NCBI GenBank assembly: GCA_049695975.1 | Contig: JBAVTE010000024.1 | Coordinates: 1-63,402, forward strand | Length of the DNA: 63,402 bases | Reading direction: 5' to 3' | Source of the DNA: Minisyncoccia bacterium | GTDB lineage: Bacteria; Patescibacteriota; Minisyncoccia; Phycocordibacterales; GWA1-40-21 | Shown here: positions 53,420-61,320 of the stretch, piece after piece | How positions within the stretch are numbered: the stretch's first letter is position 1 | How the letters are laid out: each line of letters opens with the position of its first letter | Notes under the pieces: generated by a model | Databases searched by the model: none | Seen by the model: the letters and a program-made list of their open reading frames with translations, nothing else | Told to the model about the DNA's origin: nothing | Made by a program: the position numbers and the translations under genes

Positions 53420-53577
53420 AGGGTTATTGGTTGGCATTATCCTTAATTTATATTAAGGGAGCTCTATATCTTGATACACCTTGGTGCATCATTGCGAGCA
53501 CCCACCTAGCGAAAGCCAGGTAAGTGCCAATCAGTAATCCCGCAAGAGAATCTGCCTCAAAGGCGGATTTTCTTTTA
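53420..53577 (+). ncRNA. Candidate structured small RNA or cis-leader, unknown class
   Basis: The promoter is TTGACT (53387-53392), a 15-nt spacer, then TATAAT (53408-53413). A closing helix of about 20 bp pairs 53420-53441 with 53518-53540. Inside are three hairpins, one capped by a GAAA tetraloop. The terminator is AATCTGCC-TCAA-AGGCGGATTTTCTTTT (53549-53576). Confidence 0.5.
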
Positions 53578-53585
53578 ATTATTTG

Positions 53586-54086
53586 ATGTTAGGATTATAT
53601 TTCTTTTCAAAAATGACTACTGGATGGTATAATTCTCTTATGATAAAATTACGAGCTTTTTGGGAATCATTTATTGTTTTAATATTAATTTCTATCTTGC
53701 ATTTTGCTGGTTCAAATTTAAATTGGTATTGGACATATAAGTGGTTTGATATTCCTATGCATTTTCTTGGCGGGCTATGGGTCGCTCTTACAGCTCTCTG
53801 GATTTTCTGTTATTTTGGTTACACAAATTCAATTACGAATTACAAATTTAGAACTTTTTTTGTTGTATTATTTACGGTTTTAATAGTCGGAGTTTCTTGG
53901 GAGATATTTGAGGTATTTGGAAAAATGACTTTTATAAATGACGTAGGATATTGGTTTGATACCACTAAAGATCTCACGAATGATTTTATCGGTGGAATCG
54001 TGGCTTATCTCTATTTTATTAAAGGGAAAAAAAGCCAAAATGATTTAGTAGTATGTGACACTAAAAAAGGAATGATATGCAATTAA
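53586..54086 (+). CDS. Hypothetical four-to-five-TM membrane protein (VanZ-like?)
   Basis: Hydrophobic ORF with a C-terminal D..KD..ND..GG pattern. Confidence 0.45.
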   Translation: MLGLYFFSKMTTGWYNSLMIKLRAFWESFIVLILISILHFAGSNLNWYWTYKWFDIPMHFLGGLWVALTALWIFCYFGYTNSITNYKFRTFFVVLFTVLIVGVSWEIFEVFGKMTFINDVGYWFDTTKDLTNDFIGGIVAYLYFIKGKKSQNDLVVCDTKKGMICN

Positions 54087-55486
54087 AATTTTTTGGGGGA
54101 ACAGGATCAGTGACAGGTGCAAACTTTCTAATGATTTTTGAAGAGATTGCAAAAAAAGTTTCTATTGCTGTGGATTGTGGTCTTGTACAGGGAAATGAAG
54201 AAGCCGAAAGAATAAACAATGAACCATTTCCCTATGATCCATCTTCTCTCGATTTTCTTTTTGTCACTCACGCACATATAGACCATATCGGTAGGATTCC
54301 AAAACTAGTGAAAGATGGTTTTAAAGGAAGGATTATCAGTACTCCACCGACGAGAGATATTGCGGAACTTTTACTAGAAGATATGCTCGGAATTATGGAT
54401 CACGCATCCCGAAAGGAAGGTGTACTTCCACTTTATGACAAACAAGATGTTCTAAAAGCACTTTCTCTTTGGGAAACTTTGGCATACCATGTACCTCTTG
54501 AGCTTGGTATGGGGATAAGCGTTTTACTAAAGGATTCTGGACATATATTGGGCTCGGCAATGGTAGAATTTTCGAAAAAAGGCCTACCCGCCATACCTCC
54601 ACATCTAGGGCAGACAGGTGTAAAAATTTTATTTACTGGAGATTTGGGCAATTCACCATCTTTATTATTGAATGATACAGAAGACATTGCTGATGCCAAT
54701 TATATTGTGATGGAAAGTGTTTACGGAGATAGAAATCACGAACCAAAAGATGATAGAAAAAGACAGTTAATTCAAATTATTGAAGACACAATAAAAAATA
54801 AATCCCTGTTAATTATTCCGGCTTTTTCTTTGGAAAGAACTCAAGTTATACTTTATGAGATGAATGAATTTTTTGAGCGAGTGGGTATTTCACAGATCCC
54901 CGTTTTTATCGATTCTCCTCTTGCAACAAAAATTACAAAAGTTTATGAAAAATATTCTTCATATTTAAATGAAACTGTGAGAGAACAAATTGCAAATGGT
55001 GATGATGTCTTTAAATTCCCACGGCTGAAATTTACTGTCCGTCCAGATGAATCAGAAAGAATCGACATGACTCCAAACCCCAAAATAATTCTTGCTGGAT
55101 CCGGAATGTCGAATGGTGGCAGGGTAGTGAGTCATGAGAGAGATCATATTTCTGATCCCAATGCGACAATACTTTTTGTCGGTTATCAGGCAGTAGGAAC
55201 TCTTGGTAGACAGATTCAAGAAGGTGCGAGTAAGGTGAGAATACAGGGGCAGGAAAAGAAAGTGAAAGCAAAAATAGCATCTATCGAAGGGTATTCTTCG
55301 CACAAAGATTCTGATGGTTTACTTTCTTTTGTTGAAAAAGCGGGAGAAAGCGGAGTTTTGGAAAAAGTTTTTGTTGTAATGGGAGAATTAAAATCATCGC
55401 TTTTCCTTGTACAAAAGATAAAAGACAATTTAGGTGTGGATGCCTATCATCCAGAATATGAAGAGAAAATAGACTTAAATTTTTAG
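54077..55486 (+). CDS. MBL-fold beta-CASP family RNA-metabolising hydrolase (RNase J/CPSF-like)
   Basis: The HAHIDHIGRIP motif, plus beta-CASP and C-terminal RMMBL-like regions. Confidence 0.75.
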   Translation: MQLKFFGGTGSVTGANFLMIFEEIAKKVSIAVDCGLVQGNEEAERINNEPFPYDPSSLDFLFVTHAHIDHIGRIPKLVKDGFKGRIISTPPTRDIAELLLEDMLGIMDHASRKEGVLPLYDKQDVLKALSLWETLAYHVPLELGMGISVLLKDSGHILGSAMVEFSKKGLPAIPPHLGQTGVKILFTGDLGNSPSLLLNDTEDIADANYIVMESVYGDRNHEPKDDRKRQLIQIIEDTIKNKSLLIIPAFSLERTQVILYEMNEFFERVGISQIPVFIDSPLATKITKVYEKYSSYLNETVREQIANGDDVFKFPRLKFTVRPDESERIDMTPNPKIILAGSGMSNGGRVVSHERDHISDPNATILFVGYQAVGTLGRQIQEGASKVRIQGQEKKVKAKIASIEGYSSHKDSDGLLSFVEKAGESGVLEKVFVVMGELKSSLFLVQKIKDNLGVDAYHPEYEEKIDLNF

Positions 55487-55621
55487 TATTTTGATGCAAG
55501 AATTCTCCACATAATAATAAATTTATATTACATATAAAAACAAATTGTGTAGAGCGTTTTTTGTTTGCTATAAAAATAAAAATGTGCTATAAATATAGTA
55601 ATATTAGATTTATATAATAAG

Positions 55622-56146
55622 TTGAAAATATACAACAGAATAAATAGACAAATAAGAGCATCAGAGTTGCGCGTCATCGGAGAAGAAGGGGAGAATTTTG
55701 GAGTTATATCACTTGAAGAAGCGCTTCGTATTGCCAAAGAAAAAAATCTCGACCTTATTGAAATTTCACCAAATTCGATTCCACCAGTTGCAAAAATCGC
55801 AGATTATGGTAAATTTCAATACGCTGAAAAGAAGAAGCTGAGAGAGGCAAAAACCAAGATTCACATAGTAGAAGTTAAGAGTTTGCAGGTGAAAATCGGT
55901 ACAGATGACCACGATCTTCTTCTTAAAGCCGAGAAAGCATCGGAATGGTTGAAAGATGGCCACAGAGTCAAATTGAATCTTTTTCTCCCCGGAAGGTCAA
56001 AGTATATGAATAAACCGTTTTTGAAGGAAAGGATAGAAAGGATGCTAAAACTTTTGACAGAAAATTATAAAGTTGCCGAAGAAGCGAAGGCTAGTTTGAA
56101 AGGGATGACGATGGTAATAGAAAAAGACAATAAACCAAAAGTATGA
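55622..56146 (+). CDS. infC: Translation initiation factor IF-3
   Basis: INRQIRASELRVIGEEGENFGVISLEEAL and the following C-terminal domain. The start codon is non-ATG (TTG in the track) and the exact start is uncertain, as is usual for infC. Confidence 0.9.
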   Translation: MKIYNRINRQIRASELRVIGEEGENFGVISLEEALRIAKEKNLDLIEISPNSIPPVAKIADYGKFQYAEKKKLREAKTKIHIVEVKSLQVKIGTDDHDLLLKAEKASEWLKDGHRVKLNLFLPGRSKYMNKPFLKERIERMLKLLTENYKVAEEAKASLKGMTMVIEKDNKPKV

Positions 56147-56331
56147 AAACAAATAAAAGTTTTACAAAAAGATTGAGAGTTACAAAAAATGGAAAAATTT
56201 TGGCGCGTAAAGCTGGCCAAAATCATTTCAATGCAAAAGAAAGTCGCGGGGCGCAACTTTTCAAAAAGAGATCAGTATTGATGTCTTTCAAAAACAAAGA
56301 TAAAGCGAGATTTTTGTCTAATTCATTTTAA
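56143..56331 (+). CDS. rpmI: 50S ribosomal protein L35
   Basis: MKTNKSFTKRLRVTKNGKI pattern. The start overlaps the infC stop. Confidence 0.9.
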   Translation: MKTNKSFTKRLRVTKNGKILARKAGQNHFNAKESRGAQLFKKRSVLMSFKNKDKARFLSNSF

Positions 56332-56336
56332 TAAAC

Positions 56337-56684
56337 ATGACAAGAGTAAAAAGAGGAACAACAAAAAATAAGACGAGAAAAAATATCTTAAAACAGGTAA
56401 AGGGTTATAGACATGCAGGTTCCACAAAAGAGGCAGCTGCAAATACCATGATAATGCACGCTGGTGCAAACGCATTTGCCCACAGAAGAGACAAAAAGGG
56501 TGATTTTCGAAGACTCTGGAATGTTAGGATAAATGCAGGCCTTCGAGAACAGGGGACGACATACAGCAAGTTTATCGGAGCAATGAAAAAGAAGGGTATG
56601 GAAGTAGATAGAAAGATTCTGTCATTACTAGCTCAAGAAAGTCCGGAAGCATTTAAAAGATTAGTGGAGTCAGTAGGAAAATAG
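56337..56684 (+). CDS. rplT: 50S ribosomal protein L20
   Basis: MTRVKRGTTKNKTRKNILKQVKGY pattern. Confidence 0.95.
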   Translation: MTRVKRGTTKNKTRKNILKQVKGYRHAGSTKEAAANTMIMHAGANAFAHRRDKKGDFRRLWNVRINAGLREQGTTYSKFIGAMKKKGMEVDRKILSLLAQESPEAFKRLVESVGK

Positions 56685-56692
56685 ATTAAGAA

Positions 56693-56728
56693 AAAAGGCC
56701 CCCGAAAATCTGATTTTCGGGGGCCTTT
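56693..56728 (+). terminator. Terminator AAAAGGCCCCCGAAAATCTGATTTTCGGGGGCCTTT
   Basis: It shares the 25-nt core CCCCCGAAAATCTGATTTTCGGGGG with 43812-43844. Confidence 0.75.
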
Positions 56729-56789
56729 GTATTGTGTTCCACATGTTCAAAAGCACTTTGCTACGGGAGTTTTCTTTCGCCACTATTTT

Positions 56790-57392
56790 CTAGTGATTTT
56801 CTAAAACTATTCTTGAAATACTAAAGCATATTATTCCGAGCAAAATTCCCGCTACCACATCGCTAGTCCAATGAACACTCAAAACGATACGGCTAAACGC
56901 AAGTAAAGAAAAAAGTAAAATATTGGAGATAATAAAAATATTTCTTTGCCATTTTATTTTAATATATTCAGAAATTTCATAAACGAAAAATAAACATAGA
57001 ACAGTGGCTATGATTGAGTGGTTGCTAGGGAAACTAGATCCTATGGTGTCTATCGATGAACCTGCAGGTCTCACTCTCTCAGTTATCTCTTTGATAAGTG
57101 TGCCGAGAGATATTGCAAAACCAGAACTTATCAAAAGAATTTTAGATTTTGTGTGTTTGTTACTTACAAACAATACAATTGAGAGGGCAATTACAAAGAT
57201 GGAAACTGGGATTATATCGCCAATTTTGGTGATTTCTGCAAAAAATCTTTCAAAGAGTTGATTGTGTATTCCTGCAAAAAAAATTTTTACCACTTTATCA
57301 ATAGTCAAAATGAAACTGCTTTGTGTAAACACCAAACAGGTTATAATCAAAAAAAGAATAGTAGCAAGAATTGATAGCCAAAATTTTTTCAT
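56790..57392 (-). CDS. PAP2-family phosphatase (undecaprenyl-diphosphate phosphatase-like)
   Basis: KEITERVRP...SFPSNHS...SRIVLSVHWTSDV, the three PAP2 motifs. The start was moved to MKKFWLS. Confidence 0.75.
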   Translation of the reverse strand: MKKFWLSILATILFLIITCLVFTQSSFILTIDKVVKIFFAGIHNQLFERFFAEITKIGDIIPVSIFVIALSIVLFVSNKHTKSKILLISSGFAISLGTLIKEITERVRPAGSSIDTIGSSFPSNHSIIATVLCLFFVYEISEYIKIKWQRNIFIISNILLFSLLAFSRIVLSVHWTSDVVAGILLGIICFSISRIVLENH

Positions 57393-57529
57393 GAGGTTAT
57401 TATAGCAGAATGTGAATGTGTAGAGCAAAGATTGAGTTAGATATATAAATTTGGGATATTTAACAAAATAAAAAGGGAACCATTCGGTTGTTATATTGGA
57501 CTCGTTACAATTTGGATGTTAGAGCTGAA

Positions 57530-57886
57530 TTAAAACAACAATCCTAAAAGAATTGAAAAAATATTTGCAGTTAAAGATATAATAAAAGATTTGGACAGTT
57601 TTATCTCTAGTAACTGATTGTAAATAATCGTTTCTGTTAAAATAACCAATAATTCGCCAATAACGATAAAAGTGTTTCTATCGTTTATATAAGCAGGTAA
57701 AATAAACCAGAGATAGGGTAAAGTTAATGTAGATGCTAAAAATCCTACGAGAATAATTTTTAGGTTCTTTACTCCATTGTGCCTATAGAGATATTTTACG
57801 AAAATATAAACAATAGGTATCTCGACGGCGAGTGTAAGTAGAAGGGAATATAAAAATCTTGTTTCATATAACATTCTACTAAACAT
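57530..57886 (-). CDS. Small multi-TM membrane protein
   Basis: 118-aa ORF whose start overlaps the upstream stop by 1 nt. Confidence 0.4.
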   Translation of the reverse strand: MFSRMLYETRFLYSLLLTLAVEIPIVYIFVKYLYRHNGVKNLKIILVGFLASTLTLPYLWFILPAYINDRNTFIVIGELLVILTETIIYNQLLEIKLSKSFIISLTANIFSILLGLLF

Positions 57887-58773
57887 TATTGATTACAAGT
57901 CAAAGATTTTATCTTTGCTCGAGTGATTGGTCCTACAAAACCAGTTGGACTAATTTTATTCGCTAGTTGGAATTTTTTTATTGCCCCAAGTGTCAATATT
58001 CCAAAAAAACTGGTTGATTCACTATTAAGATAATTATTTGTTCGTAGAAAGTCTTGTATAGATGAAATTTCGCTATTTTTAGAACCATATCTATGATCGC
58101 TTTGTAAACTTAAACAAGTACTTTTTGTTGATGGTACAGATATTGGATTGCTAAAAGTTTCAATTTTAATTGGAGTGTTATTGTTATATTTGGATGTTTG
58201 TTTGGATTTATATAAGTTCAACTTTCCATTAGAGTATCCTGCAATCGAATATTCGATTGTTTCTTCAATGAGTGGATTTCCAATATCAACATATCCACCA
58301 CTAGATTTTATATTTTCATCGTATACAAAAACATTTTTATCGGAGAGTTCGTCTATATACCAAAAGTCAATACTGTCAGAGCAAGGAGAATATTTATCTG
58401 ATGGATCATAATAACAATTATTTTTTTCTCTTAAAATAACTCCGCTTTTTAAGACTTTTTTAAATGGGTTAAAATTATTAATTTCAACTTGGTCAATATA
58501 GGTTTTTTTTGCAGCCAATATCTTTAAATTGTTAAATTTGTAACCCATTGAAAGGCACTCGTCCTTTTTTATTATATATGTTTCATGACCACTAACCCCT
58601 GGGCCAGTAATAAATCCAAGTAAATAAATATCTGAAAATTCATCCAAATTAACAATTTTAACACATCTACCAAGTGGATGAGAGTTTGGTGGAATTAGAT
58701 CGGCTAAAACGGTTGACGCAAACAAAAATCCAAAGGTCAATGAAAATAAAGTAAAGACAATAATTTTTTTCAT
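57886..58773 (-). CDS. Secreted protein with a C-terminal peptidoglycan-binding (PG_binding_1-like) domain
   Basis: Signal peptide, and the C-terminus ISSIQDFLRTNNYL...FGILTLGAIKKFQLANKISPTGFVGPITRAKI. Confidence 0.55.
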   Translation of the reverse strand: MKKIIVFTLFSLTFGFLFASTVLADLIPPNSHPLGRCVKIVNLDEFSDIYLLGFITGPGVSGHETYIIKKDECLSMGYKFNNLKILAAKKTYIDQVEINNFNPFKKVLKSGVILREKNNCYYDPSDKYSPCSDSIDFWYIDELSDKNVFVYDENIKSSGGYVDIGNPLIEETIEYSIAGYSNGKLNLYKSKQTSKYNNNTPIKIETFSNPISVPSTKSTCLSLQSDHRYGSKNSEISSIQDFLRTNNYLNSESTSFFGILTLGAIKKFQLANKISPTGFVGPITRAKIKSLTCNQ

Positions 58774-58923
58774 AATATCAAAATTTAATAATTGTTAATA
58801 ATTGTGATTATTATAACACATTTTTGAATCGTCAGTGGTGATTGTGGCGCGGAGAGAGTCACAAAGTAATTATATTTCTACTTAGAAATAGTCCATTAAG
58901 GTATCACATTAGATTAATGGAAT

Positions 58924-59817
58924 CTATTGTAGATAACCTCTGTTATATCTCTTAAGAATTTTTAGTAAGTTCTCATTAATTTCCTCTCCTCCCAATTTAC
59001 TATTTTGTATTTCATTCATTAATTCGGAAATTTTTGCTTGTTTTTCTGCTTTTTCTGAATTTTCATTTTTAACAATTCTGACAATTTTTATAAATTCTGG
59101 AAATGTTAGGTCTTTATTATTTTTTGTTTTTTCAAGAGCGAGTATTAAATTTTCTATATTTAAATAAGTTAATCTCTTTGAATCACTATTTATTTGTAAT
59201 TTATTTTGGTTATTAAAAATAGTTAGAATTCTTATTAATATAGCAAGTCTATCAAATTTTATACTAAATATATTAGGTATAGATTCTATATACCCAATGA
59301 CTAATTTTTGAGTGTTTTCATTTAAATTATCGCTAAATAAATTAATACAATTTTTTATGTATTCAATTTTTCTCCCCATTGATTCTTCCGCATAGCCTAA
59401 AATTCGTGGCATTTTTTGAATCAATTCAATAGGATTCTCAAAACCTTGTCCTTTTAACCACTCTATTTTTTTACCCATAGATTCTTCCGCAAGGCCTAAA
59501 ATTGGTGGCATTTTTTGAATCAATTCAATAGGATTCTCAAAACCTTGTTCTTTCAACCATTCAATTTTTCTCCCCATTGATTCTTCCGCATAGCCTAAAA
59601 TTCGTGGCATTTTTTGAATCAATTCAATAGGATTCTCAAATCCAATTTTTTTTAATCCTTCTATTTTATTTAAAATAGAAGATTCATCTTTTGTAATACT
59701 TTCAGGAGAAAAACCTAATTTTTCTAATATAGAATATATTTCATCGGAATAACGCAAATCATCTACTGGCTTATCTGGATTAAATTTATCATTCATAAAT
59801 ATAATATTATCATACAA
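58924..59817 (-). CDS. mTERF-like helical repeat protein
   Basis: Three near-identical 33-aa units, GFENPIELIQKMPRILGYAEESMGRKIEWLKEQ, match the mTERF repeat logic (Gf....i.k.....P.iLgys.E..l..k.e.L). Confidence 0.55.
   Translation of the reverse strand: MYDNIIFMNDKFNPDKPVDDLRYSDEIYSILEKLGFSPESITKDESSILNKIEGLKKIGFENPIELIQKMPRILGYAEESMGRKIEWLKEQGFENPIELIQKMPPILGLAEESMGKKIEWLKGQGFENPIELIQKMPRILGYAEESMGRKIEYIKNCINLFSDNLNENTQKLVIGYIESIPNIFSIKFDRLAILIRILTIFNNQNKLQINSDSKRLTYLNIENLILALEKTKNNKDLTFPEFIKIVRIVKNENSEKAEKQAKISELMNEIQNSKLGGEEINENLLKILKRYNRGYLQ
59363..59641. repeat. Tandem 99-bp repeat (about 2.8 units) inside the mTERF-like gene
   Basis: GATTCTTCCGC recurs at 59381, 59480 and 59579. Units 1 and 3 are identical over about 80 nt. 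Confidence 0.9.
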
Positions 59818-59873
59818 AATATAAACACACTATTGCAGTGTAGTCTTATTTATATCTATATAAGTATATACTA

Positions 59874-60033
59874 GTGGAGATGGCGAGAGTATCTCCCTCG
59901 ACTAAAGTTTCGCCGTCGCTCAACTTTGTCTGGGCACCAGCTCGTCTGTTTTTCTTGCTAGAAAAACATGACTCCGCTGTTCGATTCTCGCATGCAAGCA
60001 AAGCAGTTTGCTTGCTCATCTCCACAAAATTAA
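59874..60033 (-). repeat. G+C-rich hairpin-module element E7, 3' of tmRNA and homologous to E3
   Basis: It holds a 15-nt direct copy of the tmRNA 3' end (59874-59888 = 60061-60075). It also holds inverted copies of the T-arm (59979-59991) and of the acceptor plus trailer (60017-60033). The two hairpins have loops CTAGCAAG (59947-59968) and GAGCGACGGCGA (59904-59927). Confidence 0.7.
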
Positions 60034-60053
60034 AATCGCCCATTCAGGCGACT
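60034..60053 (-). terminator. tmRNA terminator hairpin (GTCGCC-TGAAT-GGGCGAT) nested in a stem of about 23 bp that includes the tmRNA 3' end
   Basis: The minus strand reads CATCTCCACAAAATTAAGTCGCCTGAATGGGCGATTTTAATTTTGTGGAGATG. Confidence 0.6.
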
Positions 60054-60061
60054 TAATTTTG

Positions 60062-60458
60062 TGGAGATGGCGAGAATCGAACTCGCGTGCAAAAGATAGT
60101 TTTCAGTGGGTCTACAAAGTATAGAATATTTTTTTCGCCACGAGGACGAATTTAAATAAAAAAGTTCGAAATAAACAAAATGCTTTTTTATCGATCTCTT
60201 AATCTCGGAAGTAGGGCAGAGAAGACCTACTTTCTTGTCTGATTATATTACACCGCTTTTCCGCTATCAGATATTACGGAAGGCGACGTCGCTTAGGCTA
60301 AAGCGTAAGCGAATTGAAAGTCCTTCACTCCGAAGAATGGAGAAACGATCTTTGAAATGCGATTTGCATTTATGATCCCTGTTAGTTTTAGGAGATAAAC
60401 AGAGTTGCTCCACTTTGCGCAAAGAAGTACCGGTCTTTTGTCTAGGCCGATCATCCCC
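60062..60458 (-). ncRNA. ssrA: tmRNA (ssrA), one-piece, predicted tag ANRISKIVSPFFGVKDFQFAYALA*
   Basis: 5' GGGGATG pairs with 3' CATCTCC including G3:U70, discriminator A, and a T-arm GCGAGAATCGAACTCGC on the plus strand. The tag ORF is at 60293-60367 and ends ...YALA-TAA. The gene is adjacent to smpB. Confidence 0.85.
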
Positions 60459-60535
60459 CTAAAACATTTTTGTTGCAAAAATGTTCGGGCGAACAAATTT
60501 GATTTCTGAAATCAAATTTGTTTTAGCCATACTTA

Positions 60536-60808
60536 TTATAAAATATGGCCTATTTTATTTATATATTTATTCAAGATTCTCTTTTTCTCCCTTGCTCCCC
60601 ATAGACTTTTTAAAAACCTTTCTCGATTAAAAGCGTTTGCTTTATCTACAATTTCTTCCGTATGAATCATAAATAAGGGTCGTCTGTTCCTTGTAGCTAA
60701 TACTTTCCCATAGTTATGGTCTTTCAGCCTTTGGTTTGGGTCTTCTGTACAACCCACATATAAGCGATCATCTTTTTTGCTTAATAAAATATAAACAAAA
60801 TATGACAT
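60536..60808 (-). CDS. Stand-alone GIY-YIG nuclease-domain protein
   Basis: YVYILLSKKDDRLYVGCTEDPNQRLKDHN motif. Confidence 0.75.
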   Translation of the reverse strand: MSYFVYILLSKKDDRLYVGCTEDPNQRLKDHNYGKVLATRNRRPLFMIHTEEIVDKANAFNRERFLKSLWGAREKKRILNKYINKIGHIL

Positions 60809-60814
60809 ATTTTT

Positions 60815-61258
60815 TTATTCATTTTTCAATGTTCTCCTGTCTTCTCTATCGAGCTCGCGTTTCATTATGCTAGCTCTTTTGTCGAAACTCTTTTTGCCTT
60901 TTGCTATCCCGATCTCTATTTTGAGTTTCTTGCCTTTATTATACACCGAAGTAGCAACTATTGTCAATCCTTTTTGATTTTCCGCATCTGCGAGTTGTTT
61001 TATTTCTTTTTTAGTTAGTAAAAGTTTCCTATTTCTTCTAGAGTCATAATCTTCCGGAACATTTTTGGGCTGAATAGGTGTAATGTTTGCGCCCACGAGA
61101 TATGCTTCACCTCCACGCACTATTGCATATGCACCTTCGAGAGAAGCCCGTCCTGCCTTGAGCGCCTTGACCTCAAAACCCAAAAGCTCTATCCCCGCTG
61201 AGAATTTTTCTAAAATTTCATAATTAAAATATGCTTTTTTGTTTTGTATCAAACTCAT
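60815..61258 (-). CDS. smpB: SsrA-binding protein SmpB
   Basis: KKAYFNYEILEKFSAGIELLGFEVKAL pattern and a basic C-terminal tail. Confidence 0.95.
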   Translation of the reverse strand: MSLIQNKKAYFNYEILEKFSAGIELLGFEVKALKAGRASLEGAYAIVRGGEAYLVGANITPIQPKNVPEDYDSRRNRKLLLTKKEIKQLADAENQKGLTIVATSVYNKGKKLKIEIGIAKGKKSFDKRASIMKRELDREDRRTLKNE

Positions 61259-61320
61259 ACATTTCTTATCATATCAAATTAAACTTTTTTTATATAGTGA
61301 AATGTGTTATAATTTTTTCT

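Noticed and set aside
53420-53577. Assigning the structured RNA candidate to SRP (4.5S) RNA or 6S RNA
   Set aside because: The apical hairpin has a GNRA loop, but the flanking internal loops lack the conserved SRP helix-8 AGCA/GGAA-type motifs. The multi-hairpin interior does not fit the single central bubble of 6S RNA. The class is left open.
59846-60056. 60-65-aa ORFs on both strands between the mTERF-like gene and tmRNA
   Set aside because: They lie within the G+C-rich hairpin-module element and overlap copies of the tmRNA 3' end, so they are composition-driven shadows.
60293-60496. 67-aa ORF on the minus strand
   Set aside because: It lies inside the tmRNA gene. Only its last 24 codons are meaningful, as the tmRNA tag reading frame.
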